The notes beneath the pieces are model-generated. The model saw only the letters and a list, made by a program, of their open reading frames with translations, was not told the DNA's origin and did not search any database. From Octopus bimaculoides (lineage: Eukaryota): a stretch of 42,072 nt of DNA. A program made the position numbers and the translations under genes. The stretch lies in the NCBI RefSeq assembly GCF_001194135.2, contig NC_068982.1, positions 92,078,866 through 92,120,937 on the forward strand. The letters run 5' to 3'. Below are positions 23,685 through 35,220 of this stretch, one piece after another; positions within the stretch are counted from its first letter, which is position 1, and each line of letters opens with the position of its first letter.

Positions 23685-25196
23685 GTAAGAAATAAATGAT
23701 AACTATTTCTTCATACATTAAAATAATTGTTAGTAAATACTAGGTGATCATTTTTCTGTCAAAGTACTGACAGTGAAGTAGCAGTTATTAAGTAATCCTT
23801 TGTCTGTTGTCTTACATTGACGTTGGATTGCTATGGCTCATAAAGCAAGAGAACATCTAGTTTTTAAAACTTTATGACTGTCAATACCATATCATTTGCA
23901 GTTTTAAAATAAATCTCTGTAGTCCTATAGAATATGGTTTTCAGAGTGGTGTGGTATACGTTCTCTCTCTCTCTCTCTCTCTCTCTCCCCACCCTGTGTT
24001 GATCTGCGTAACATCTCTGAATACAACAAGCTGCAAGTGGCAACATTATCATTTCTCCTGTCAACAAATCATCTACTCATTTTGTGCCTTCATACACTTG
24101 TAAAATAAAAGATCCCTCACCGGGAAAACAGTTATGGGTTAGTGTCAAGAAGGGTATCTAGCTGGAAAAACAGTGCTGAAACAATAGCTTCAGCTAACTC
24201 ATGCCAGCATGGAAAAACATGCTTGAAATCAATTAAACAAAGTTGTTCTATGTATATTGTGTTTAATCCATATTTGCCTCTTCAACATTGAGAATAATAT
24301 CCATATTTCTTTCGGATTACATGGCTATTTTTTTCTATTCAGTGTAGATTTGTTACACATGTCCATGATCAGCAATTGTTAGCAGATGTACATTGACATA
24401 TTTGGTTAATGATGACTGTAAATATTCCAGGAAAACATCTTGAAAAAAAGAGTCACAACTGACACAGTTGTTGTTAGCCCAATGCCAATCCTGATCAAAC
24501 AAACCTAGAATCAAATACATTCATGCTATAATCATCCTATCTTATTTTCAAGAATTACATTATTCAATGTGTCCCTCCTTTTTGAGTTGATGGAGCCTTG
24601 ACTGCTTTTTCTAGCAGGTTGAGCAACCACTTTGAAGTGCCCTTGTTAGCTTCTCTGAAAAATTGTTATGCTATATACCTTCTATATAATGGATTGATAA
24701 TTCATATTCTGACACTGACAGAAATTCTTTAGCTTTAAATAAATACCAAAATGAGGCACAGATCATTAGTGTAATTAATGAAAATATGGTATAATTTATA
24801 AATATTTTGTTAGCTTATAGTATTGGACTAAAATTCTCATCTGGAGAAAGTGACCAACTCTACTCAAGATTCTAATATTTTTCGTTTACTTAAATCTGAA
24901 GGTATACACCAGCTTTATGAACTCTTGTAGTAATGTTCAACTCAACATAGCAAACCAGTTGACTCTTTTTGGCCTGTTCCCTAACTTCTCAATGTCAATT
25001 TACAACATCAGGAAGAGGAGAAAGTAATATTCTAAATGGTTTGGATTAGTTTCCTTTATTGATGTTACCCCATGTTTCCTAAATTATTTTATTTATCTCA
25101 ATATCATAAATATTCTAACTTTTGTAAGTGCTAGAGACATTAAAGTTACTTAAATCTTCTGGCCATACTTACTTACTATCAAATGTTTCACACAAC

Positions 25197-25390
25197 ATCC
25201 TCTTCTTTTAACATCCAGTTTCCATATTTGCATGGGTTGGATGGTTTGACAAAATCTAACAACCTGGAGGACTGCATAGTGCTCCAGTACCTACTGTGGC
25301 ATGGTTTCTATAGCTGGATACCATTCCTAACACCAATCACTTTACAAAGTGTACTGGGTGATCTTTTTTTTTTATATAGCACCAGCCCTA
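25197..25390 (-). mobile_element. RTE/SINE 3' tail fragment
   Basis: tttaacatccagtttccatatttgcatgggttggatggtttgac... is the reverse complement of the shared tail. Confidence 0.7.
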
Positions 25391-25783
25391 GTGAGGTTGC
25401 CAGGAACTTGCAAGATTATTATCTACCTTCAACTGTAGAGATAGAGGCAGCTTTATGCTAAACGATGAAAGGTTAAACTGTGAAGGAGCCAAAACAGATT
25501 TTTGTTTGTTTTTATTAGTATAATAATCTGTTTGGGAACATAACTTAAGAAAAGATATTTTGTAAATAAATATCTCTGAGAAATGTTCACGTGGAACCTA
25601 GGGTGAATTGGTGTGAATGAAATGGAATATTTTTCTTGTGTAACTGTTGATACTATTTTAATATTTAGAATTTATCATTCTATTTGTTATATTTTACCAT
25701 TGCATAACCATTCTATTATATATTCATTTAACCTTACATTACATTTCAGTTTATTTATTTATTATTATTTTTTTTTACAACAG

Positions 25784-25965
25784 CAATTTAATTGCAGAGA
25801 ATAATATGCTAAAAGAACAAAAGCTTTGTAAAATCTGCTTGGATGAAGAGTGTGGTATTTTTACCATGTGGCCATTTGATCAGTTGTACATCATGTGCAC
25901 CTACTCTCTGTAACAGTCCTTTGTGTCAGAAAAAGATCCATGGAATGATAAGGATATGTTTCTGA
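25784..25965 (+). pseudogene. IAP terminal RING exon, disrupted
   Basis: 25785-25859 reads NLIAENNMLKEQKLCKICLDEECGI. After an extra base at 25860, 25861-25965 reads LPCGHLISCTSCAPTLCNSPLCQKKIHGMIRICF*. This is an IAP-type C3HC4 RING with a frameshift and Ser in place of the 7th ligand Cys. Confidence 0.85.
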
Positions 25966-26261
25966 GTTATAACTAGATATATCTTTCTACCCTTTATTTC
26001 CTTGGCAAACCCCAGATCATAAAGTAAGGCTCTTTGTCAAAAGCCTTCTCCAAGTAGGAGACAATTAAAAATATCACAATTACCATCATTTAACATTAGC
26101 TTTTCCACATTGATATATATATATATATGATGATGATGATAATATAAACAGCTAGGCACAATATAAGACCATAAAGGAAACATTTTATTGTCACCAGTTG
26201 TGATTGAGGCTTCCGAAGCACTTTATTACAAGAAATAATTGTTCTTAATATTGAATGAGGC

Positions 26262-26296
<35 letters not shown>

Positions 26297-26567
26297 CTGC
26301 CCCATGAGCGACTCAGAGATCACTGGAACTAGACTATTTTTGCCTGTCAGTCAGAAGCTCGCTGGTTTGGCTAAATTGACCTATCAGTATATATATTTAA
26401 CATATGAATTTATGTCTGAATTAGTGAAAAGTTAATATGTATATTAAAAATTGAAATAAACAGCTAGGCCCAATATACGGAAAATTTTATCATTACTAAT
26501 TGTGACTGAGGGTGCAAAACACCTATATTGCATGAAATAAGAGTTAATAATATATATATATATATAG

Positions 26568-26614
<47 letters not shown>

Positions 26615-27501
26615 CATANNNNNNNNNNNNNNNNNNNNNNNNNNNNNNNNNNNNNNNNNNNNNNNNNNNNNNNNNNNNNNNNNNNNNNNNNNNNNNNNNN
26701 NNNNNNNNNNNNNNNNNNNNNNNNNNNNNNNNNNNNNNNNNNNNNNNNNNTATATATATATGAAAAATAATACCTCTCGATCCAAACATATATAAAATTT
26801 TTGACTCAAAAATAATTCCTTTCTTCAAAACAACATATTCTCAAAATACAAAACATACACACACTCACACACAAACACACCACAAAACAAATGAAAAATA
26901 ACTCCTGACTCTTTCAATAAAATTGTTGACCACCTTAAAAATCCATTTAACACAATATATACACACAACTGATCATATTCTCAACAGAAAAGGAACTTGC
27001 TATTCAATTCAATAAAATTCTTGACCTCCTGAAATCCATTTAACACAGCAGACCATATTCTGAATAAAGAAAAAAGTAAACGTTTTGACACAAAAATAAT
27101 TCCTTCTCCTAAACAAGATATTCTCAAAAAACAAGACACACAGAGCTGATGATATCCTAAATAGAACAAAATATGAGAACAATTGATTATCTAATTGCCA
27201 GGCTTTGATCAGATGTCAAATTGTTCGTAATGATAATTAGCCACACATTTTTTCTTGTTCAGCTTATTTGACAATAACCATGCTATCTCATTGGTTATTT
27301 GTCTTTCTTGCCACTCCTACTAATGTTAGGTTTCTGCTGGGTTTCTGAATAGAATTATTGTCCAACTTACCCATGCAGTTCAGGGACTTGAAGATGTGGC
27401 ATATATGTAATGCCTATAATGGCATGTAATAAATTAATTACACTTAAAAAACATATGTAGCTAAGAATGAACTACCTTTCTCCAGCCTTTTAACTAATGA
27501 G

Positions 27502-27678
27502 AATTTGCTATTGAAGTAATTTATTATCGAAAGCCTTCAATTTATTTTCCAAAATAGTCTTTCTAATTTCAATCAGATAATATATCTCTATATATTATCT
27601 GATTGAAATTTGAAAAATTATTTTGTAAAAATAAATTGAAGGCCTTCAATGATAAAATTACCTCAAAATATACAAATT
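27502..27678. repeat. ~177-bp imperfect palindrome (foldback)
   Basis: The arms ...gccttcaatttattttccaaaatagtctttctaatttcaatcagataatatat and atatattatctgattgaaatttgaaaaattattttgtaaaaataaattgaaggc... surround a 4-nt loop ctct (27586-27589). Confidence 0.85.
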
Positions 27679-28089
27679 TTGGAATTGAATAACTTGAAAT
27701 TAAAATATATGATAAATCCAGGTTGAAATATGTAAACCATTACTAGCAAGCCATTACACATGTACGTAACTACAAATGTCTTCTGAAGTGAAGCCAGTTT
27801 CCAGTTATGTACTTTGGAATATCAAATTATGTTTTGAAATAATTTTAATGTAAAAATTGTAAATAAACATAATATCAAAATTATTGGATTCTTGTGATAT
27901 ATTTTGGAATATGAAACAATCTGTTTTGAAATAATTTGATTGCAATAATATTTTTGAATACATTTTATTATATTTTAAAATGAGAAAAGTCATCTGTAAA
28001 TCTCTGGCTGTTTGTAAATTCCTTAATCTTCTTTAACCCCCTTTTTTCAAATTGGTTTGTATCTCCAGGTCCTTTTGGTCTCAAGTCTG

Positions 28090-29360
28090 AAGTCACTAAA
28101 CACTAACCTATGTTGAGTTGTGGATTATTCAGGAGCAGAGCCAATTGTCAGATATGGAGCTGAAAATGTGGAATGAACAAAAGATGAAATGTAGAAATTT
28201 TGACAGAAAAACAAGAAAACTGTTGACTATGTATGGAACCACCATCCAAAAGCTGATATCAGCCAATTTTGTAATTCAAGAGAGATCAGAGTGGAAGAGT
28301 GTCTGCAGATGGAATAAAACAGCTTACTTCATTATTTGCAGGACAAGACAGAAAAGTAGATACAGGCAGTGAATAAAGAACGGGTGATCAAGATTGGAAA
28401 AGAAGACAAAAATGAAATTCAAAGAGAATATATTAAACAGATTTAAGAGAAGCCTTTGCATGGTCACTGAAAATATGTGAAATAAAATTCTGGGTTTTGG
28501 CTGAAAAAAGATAATTGCGGGATCAAGTACTGCAAACTGACTTGTATTTGGGGAGGTGTCAGCAGAATGTAGGGTGTATGGATTTTGGAATGAAACAATG
28601 GCATACATTGTTGCAGAATGCCCCAAGTTAGCATTGAGAGAATATAAGAAATGGAAGCATGATCAAGTTATAAGCATTTTACACTGGAAGCTTTACCAAA
28701 ATTTGGAGCTTGAAGCAGAAAGTACATGATACAATCATCTGGTAGAAAGAGTACTTGAGGTGGAAACATGCACAATTTTGTGGAATTTTCCCATTCAAAC
28801 AGAAAAAAGGTGGAACATAGTATTCCAGATATAACAGACAAGGAAAATTGTATTTACTTACTGATTAATCCATCGTGTCCATTTGGTACCAGGTTTGTAA
28901 AGAGAGCTGATGAAAAGTTGAAAAAAATATAGCTCCTTAAAAGTTGAGATTTTAAAGATTTGGAACCTGATATCTGTAAAAATTGTACCTGTGATAATTG
29001 GCACATTGTGATGAAATAGATAAATGGGTAAAGGAGATTGGAGTGGAACACCCTGTACAGCTTCTACAGAAGGTTTGTTTTGTAGGAACAGGAAAGGTCA
29101 TTGGAAAGATTCTGAGCATTTAATGACTTATCGAAATTAGGGACTGTAAGTGATGAAACAGACAAATGGGTAAAGGAGATTGGAGTGGAATGTCCTGTAG
29201 AGCTTCTACAGAAGGTTTGTCTCAAAGGAACAAGAAAGGTTCTGAGCATTTAATGGCTTATTGAAGTCATGGATATCTAAGGTTAGAGGGAGAAACTCAC
29301 TATCCATATAAATTCTATCAGGAATAAGACAAATCCTGAGTCAAGATGATAATAATAATG
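28090..29360 (+). mobile_element. R4/Dong-like non-LTR retrotransposon 3' fragment (restriction-like endonuclease clade)
   Basis: DRKTRKLLTMYG..HHPKADI, a degraded zinc knuckle (ECRV...ETMAYIVAECPKLA), KHDQV..ILHW, ILWNFPIQT, PDI, and IVPVIIGTL. A short (TAA)n follows at ~29348-29360. Confidence 0.8.
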
Positions 29361-29563
29361 ATGATATAGTAGATATGGGAAAAGAAAGAGAGTGAGGTAC
29401 GTAAAAAGAAGAGTGGGAGATGCCATGTAGTTAGACAGATTGTTATTGTCTGGAGCAGACATATGGTGGTAGAGGAGAGATAATTTGTTGGCTCAGGAGG
29501 ATGATCAGTGTAAAATATGTGTGGAGAAGACAGTATTAAGAATGGAAGATGAATGACAGTGAA

Positions 29564-30351
29564 AAGGATTTTCTTTTTTACAAGCATCAGATTTGCTTCA
29601 TGCAATTGAAAACGATCCTCATTTTAATGATGATGATGATATTGAGGAAGTAAATGGCAAAGAGGAGCCTCTCTCAACAACAACAAAAAATGACACTGAA
29701 ATATCTGCTAGTAAGTAAATACTGATAACTCTACTATCTCTACATACTTTGAAATGATTGTTAGTAAATAAGAAATGATCCTTCTATTTATCTATCAAAG
29801 TGCTGACAGTGAAGTAGCTGTTATTAAGTAATCTTTCTTTTGTTGTCTCACATTGACGTTGGATTGCTATGGCTCATAAAGCAAGGGAACATCTAGTTTT
29901 AAAACTTTATGACTGTCAACACCACAGAAATCGAAAATGGAATATGGTTTTCAGAGTAGTATATGCGTGTGTATGTGTGTGTATTACATATATGTGGATC
30001 TATATGACAGCTCTGGATACCACAAGCTGTGAGTGCCTTCAAACACTTGTAAAATAAAGATCCCTCACCTGGAAAACAGTTATGAGTTAGTGTCAGGAAG
30101 GATATTTTGCTGGAAAAACAGTGCTTAAGCAATAGCATCAGCTAACCCTTGCCAGCATGGAAAAACATGCATGAAAGCAATTAAACAAAGTTGTTCTATG
30201 TATATTGTGTTTAATCTACATTTGCCTCTGCAACATTGAGAATAATATCCATATTTCAGATTATCTGGCTATTTTCTTCTGTTCAATGTAGATTTGTTAC
30301 ACATGTACATGATCAGCAATTGTTAGCTGATGTGCATTGACATATGTGGTT
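29564..30351 (+). pseudogene. Diverged duplicate of IAP exon 5 plus downstream intron (paralogous to 23543-24408)
   Basis: 29567-29710 reads (G)FSFLQASDLLHAIENDPHFNDDDDIEEVNGKEEPLSTTTKNDTEISA, open, with an A|gtaagt donor. The following ~640 bp align by eye with 23685-24408. There is no polypyrimidine tract upstream. Confidence 0.8.
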
Positions 30352-30495
30352 ATCTGTCCAGTGTGTGGAACATATGCAGAAATAAATGTCACTGTTGCAT
30401 TGAACAAGACCATTCTTAAATTAATACTTCTATCACACATGCTGACCACCTCAGTCACCTTATCCACTCATTTCTCTACCGAATGTATACCTACA

Positions 30496-30960
30496 CTATA
30501 CCAGTGGGGTAGTGACATCAAGTGTGACAGAATGGAGGAGTGAGTGGAGTTTACGTTGTTTAGTGAGAGTGAGGAAATTGTGAAAAATATGATTTAAATG
30601 GATTATGAAGCAGAGTGGAATGTGCATAGGAAGGTGAAAGAGAGGAGAAAAAGATGGAATAAGCGAGAGGGAGAAGGCAGTTGAGGGTGTGTATTTTGGA
30701 GAGATTAGAATGAATGGTGGCATACATAAGGTGGTAGGAAGTAGTATGAAGTATAGATAGGATGGCAGAAGCAGAGTGGAAAGTGGGGTGGAAATGGAGG
30801 CAGAAACCTTTGGTGATGAGGTGGTGGGGAAGGCAGTAACTAAGAAAGGGAATGTGGCTAGAGAACCATGTTTTTTTTTTTTTTTTGAAAATCAGTTGGG
30901 AAAGATTAATAGAAGGTTGAAAGCAGCAGAAAGGAAGAGTAGAAAGGTGTTTCTTTAGGC
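30496..30960 (-). mobile_element. Possible Penelope-like element ORF N-terminal fragment
   Basis: WFSSHIPFLSYCLPHHLITKGFCLHFHPT resembles the H..FL..C.....pKGf.l motif of Penelope ORFs. HLNHIFHNFLTLTKQRKL follows in another frame. Otherwise low complexity. Confidence 0.45.
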
Positions 30961-31444
30961 GGTGGTGAAGGTGGAGGAGCAAAGATTTGTAATCAGGCAT
31001 GTTGGGAAAAGGAGAGAAAAAGGAAAAAACAAGAAAAGGAGAGAGAAAAGTAAAGTAATGACGTATGGAGTATAAAAGTTCAAAAAATTCAAAAGTTATG
31101 AAGAGAAGAAAAAAAGAAGACAAGGAGAGAAAAGGAGAAGAAAAGAAAAAGAGAAGACGAAAAGGAGAAAGAGAGAGGCAAAATAACAACATACGGAGTT
31201 AGAAAAAAACAGAAAGTTCAAAAAAGTTTTTAAAAATTCAAACGTCGTGGTGTATCGGAGTGATTTTTCATCAACAGAAGAGTCCCCTGAAATCCATAAG
31301 TATATCCAGTGATAATCCAGATGAGGAGAGGTGCAGAAAGTTCAGGCAATAGTTAAGATGTGTGAGTCCAAAGTGTAGGAGGTAAAGCAGTGTAAAACTG
31401 GTGTGACTACATGAGCATAAAATATATAGTTGAAATTTACAGAA

Positions 31445-32315
31445 AAACAAAAGATGTTCATCTCATCAGAGGTCATCTGAAGCAAGATCCCAGGTTTTGG
31501 TCAACTATCTTGTGATCTGATGAGAGGAAGTTGGAGTTATTTGGTATATGGATGCTGAAAATGCTGGAGGAAGCAAGGAGAAGCATATAAGCCGAAGAGC
31601 ACTGTGCCCACCATGGTGGTGGGAACATAATGCAATGGGGATGCTTCTCTTTCAGTGGCACAGGGAACCTTGTCAAAGGCCAAAGAATTATGAGAAAGGA
31701 GGATTACATCAGGATCCTTGATGAAAACGTGAAGGAATCCCTGAGAAACTCCAACTTGGCCACAACTGGAAGTACCAGCAGGACAATGATCTGAAACATA
31801 CTGCCAAGGTAGTGAAGGAATAGTTCAAGGACAATAATTTCAACATCCTAGAATGGGCAAGTCAGAGTCCTGACCTGAATCTGATTGAGAACTTGTGGTA
31901 AGACTTGAAGACCAGAATGATGGCTAGGAAACCGACCAACCTGACCCAGCTCGAGGCTTTCGCCAAGGAGAGTGGGCCAACATTCCACAGAAGACATGGA
32001 GGAAGCTTGTAGACATATACAAGAATCATCTAGAAGCAGTCATAAAAAAACAAAGGCTATGCTATTGACTATTAAAGGGAAATATTGGACTCAGTAAACT
32101 TATGGTATGAATAATTTTGAACATGGCATTTTTTAAAATCCATGAATAAAATACCCCTGAAATGAAGAATTTCTTGAATTGCGTATTGTTTTTGTTCTTT
32201 CACTTGTTGGTCACATATAAATCATAAACAAACTTGACGAAATGCATTCATTTCATCACAAAAATTAAAAAATCACAAAAATTAACAAGAGTATGAATAA
32301 TTTTGAGGTTAACTG
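31445..32315 (+). mobile_element. Tc1 (DD34E) transposon, 3' half with right TIR
   Basis: FWSTIL*SDERKLELFG, HGGGNIMQWGCF, QQDNDLKHTAK, SPDLNLIENLW. D at 31782 and E at 31887 are separated by 34 codons. The direct repeat gtatgaataattttga lies at 32105 and 32291, and the element ends ...aactg followed by TA. Confidence 0.92.
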
Positions 32316-32321
32316 TATATA

Positions 32322-32960
32322 TAAAGTCATCTTTGAATGTGATAGATGTGCAAGAACAATAAGCCCTAAGAGTACAAGGGACTTAGATTCTCTCAAATAC
32401 CCAGGAGGCTCTCTTGAGGTTGTAGATAGTTTCTCTCCTCTAGGTGATTAAATTAGCAATGGTGGAGGATGCTCTAACAGTATTGCTTCCAGAATAAGAA
32501 TAGGGTGGAGGAAGTCCAGAAAGTTATTACCTCTGTTGGCAACAAAAGGACTCTCCCTCAGAGTGAAAGGTAGACTGTACGATGCTTGTGTATGAATGGC
32601 TATACTCCATGGTAGTGAGACATGGGCTCAGAATGCATAGACTAGAGAGATATAACATGCATGTACAACAAAGTGCAAATGTATGGAGAGAAAAGTTGGG
32701 CATAAGAGGAATCAAATGTAGCATGCAAGAGAGAAGACTATGTTGGTTTGGACCTGTGATGCGTATGAATGAGGACAGCTGCATAAAGAAGTGCCTGTCA
32801 CTGAAAGTGGATGATACCCGTGGAAGAGAGAGACCGAGGAAGATATGGGATGAAGTGGTAAGGACTGATCTCAGGACGCTGGGCCTCACGGAGGAAATGA
32901 CAATGGACCAAGATGTCTGGTGATATGAGGTCCTTGAGAAGACCTGCCCATGTCAGTGAA
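32322..32960 (+). mobile_element. RTE LINE 3' fragment abutting the Tc1 end
   Basis: LEVVDSF..LGD, RIRIGWRK, GLSLRVKGRLYDACV, RLCWFGPVMRMNEDSCIKKC...RPRKIWDEVVRTDLRTLGL. Confidence 0.9.
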
Positions 32961-33180
32961 ACTGAGTTCTAGAAGCGCTGTATGTCCCACCCACACATAA
33001 CAAGAAAACTTCTCACACACCCTACCACAACAAACCAAACTGTATCTCTACATCGCTTCTCTTCCTTGCATTTCCACTTCATGCACTATGCTTACCTCCC
33101 ACTCACCAATCCTGTCCTCACAGCCCTGTTTCTCTGTATTATTGCTATCCTGCAGCCTCCACTGTTTAGTGGGTCGATCC

Positions 33181-33238
33181 ACTACTCAGGAAGAGACTAT
33201 TCTAGAGTACATTCTGCCTTATCTTCGAAACGTCTAGT
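33181..33238 (+). ncRNA. Degenerate minimal hammerhead-like motif (Penelope pLTR type)
   Basis: Helix I acta/tagt, core CUCAGGA (one mismatch to CUGANGA), short helix II GAG/UUC, and GAAACGUC with the palindrome ACGU. Confidence 0.35.
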
Positions 33239-34184
33239 TAGAATAGAGGTAGCTGACAAAGGATTAATTCCAAGTGGCTATCTGTTTTCCTATGTGTTCG
33301 TTCCGTGGTCTGTAGTTCATTGTTCTAACGTCCTGTACCCTGATATGNNNNNNNNNNTATCTGTTTTCCTATGTGTTCGTTCCGTGGTCTGTAGTTCATT
33401 GTTCTAACGTCCTGTACCCTGATATGCATCTATATACGCATGTAGATGTAAGTATGTACATATATGTGTGTATATATGCATATATATTCTTTGTATTATT
33501 ACATCATCGAACGCACGCGTCCTTTTTGCAAGTAAGTTTGAACTCTATATATACCCAGGTTTCCACCACTCACTTCCCCATCCTTCCACACTCTCTAATC
33601 CTGCCCCTTTTGCAATATCCTGCTACTTATATTACAACCTTTGAACCTCAAGGGTATGCCCTGGCACTTGCCACCATCTATATCTCTCTCTTTTTTTACT
33701 CAACCATCCCATTTATATTCTGATCCCCATCCATTATGAGTATGCCCAGCACTTTGCCACCATTTCTATCCTGCTGTCTCCCACTCTCTCTCTCCTTCTC
33801 CTGTACTTCCCTCAGGTTGGGTAACCATGTATCTCCTTGCAGCAGCACACCTCTTTCAGTCTTCATTCTCTCTCTATCTCTCTCTCTCCCGTAACTTTGT
33901 AGACACACACACATATATGTATATGCATTTGTATATGTGTGTGTGTGTGTATACAACCTTCAACAAAGTAACAGTCATGTATACAACTTGAACTGACACA
34001 CATGTCAGTACATAAACATACGTTCACATGTACATACACATGTACACACACAAACACGTCTACACACTTACCCTATTACTCATGTACATCCATAAGTACA
34101 TACGTGCATACATACATAGATACATACATATATATACATACATACATACATTTATATCATGAACTAACTGTTACTTTCTCAGAT

Positions 34185-34400
34185 GCAGCACAGAATTTTG
34201 TCAGTGAACAGGTCGCGGTCTCAAAGCGACGAAAATATTTTGACAAATTAAATTTAAATGTTAAAGTGAATCTAACGGTTTTTGTATGTTATTTTAAATG
34301 GTTTATAAACACCTTCCACGCTGCAATTGCTTTCGTTCCAGCACACGATCTCAGATCAGGTCACTTTCTATGCAAGTACATCTCCGTAATATATATATGT
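34185..34400 (+). repeat. Dispersed non-autonomous repeat (copy 1 of 4)
   Basis: gaattttgtcagtgaacaggtcgcggtctcaaagcgacgaaaatatttt... recurs at 36909-37049 (+), 40411-40535 (-) and 40536-40760 (+). Confidence 0.85.
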
Positions 34401-34804
34401 GTGTGGGGGGGGGTGTATTATTGTCTCTCACGTCTTACTTTCAGTTTGTTTAAAACTTTTTTCTAATGTTTACTTTCATTTTATGACACCTGCTATACAC
34501 AAATCGTGATTGGGTAAAATTGTTCAAACTTTAAACCTCTGCAACATTTTCCGGAAAATGTTTCTAGAATAAATAAGTTACAAACTCGTATTTAATGTGA
34601 AAAAGTTCACCAATATATCAAATTTGAAAATTTTCACCTAAGTTTAAACAATAGAAAAGACCTCTCTGTCTCTCTCTCTTTCTTTTTCACTTACCTCATA
34701 GTATCCTTTCCCTCTCTCTATACATTTTTATCATACTCTCTCACTGAGTGTGTGTGTATGCATGTGTGTAAGGAATTTCATTAGGGCAACAGAATTATTT
34801 TAAA

Positions 34805-34964
34805 AGGAGTGGCTGTGTGGTAAGTAGCTTGCTTACCAACCACATGGTTCCGGGTTCAGTCCCACTGCGTGGCACCTTGGGCAAGTGTCTTCTACTATAG
34901 CCTTGGGCCTACCAAAGCCTTGTGAGTGGATTTGGTAGACGGAAGCTGAAAGAAGCCTGTCGTA

Positions 34965-35005
<41 letters not shown>

Positions 35006-35220
35006 ATATGTGTTTGTGTCTGTGTTTGTCCCCCCAACATCGCTTGACAACTGATGCTGGTGTGTTTACGTCCCCCATAACCTAGAGGTTCGGCAAAAGA
35101 GACCAATAGAATAAGTACTAGGCTTACAAAGAATAAGTCCTGGGGTCGATTTGCTCGACTAAAGGTGGTGCTCCAGCATGGCCGCAGTCAAGTAACTGAA
35201 ACAAGTAAAAGAGTAAAAGA
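34805..35220 (+). mobile_element. Full-length tRNA-derived SINE with a Nin-like domain and a central microsatellite
   Basis: tRNA-like head (ggagtggctgtgtggtaag ... gggttcagtccc), then aaagccttgtgagtggatttggtagacggaagctgaaagaagcc, (TA)n(TG)n, and a tail ending aagtaaaagagtaaaaga. Confidence 0.85.

Noticed and set aside
28903-28932. CUGAUGA...GAAA motif
   Set aside because: No real helix II or III, and it lies within the R4-like ORF.
30560-31192. 210-aa minus-strand ORF as a host gene
   Set aside because: Low-complexity Phe/Leu/Ser bias from a purine-rich plus strand. Only a short Penelope-like motif is recognisable.
31252-31275. Minus-strand UUGAUGA...GAUAC hammerhead-like trace upstream of the Penelope-like ORF
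   Set aside because: Two core mismatches and no helix II.
33279-33426. 69-bp exact tandem duplication
   Set aside because: The two copies sit either side of a 10-N gap, which is a typical unmerged contig overlap.
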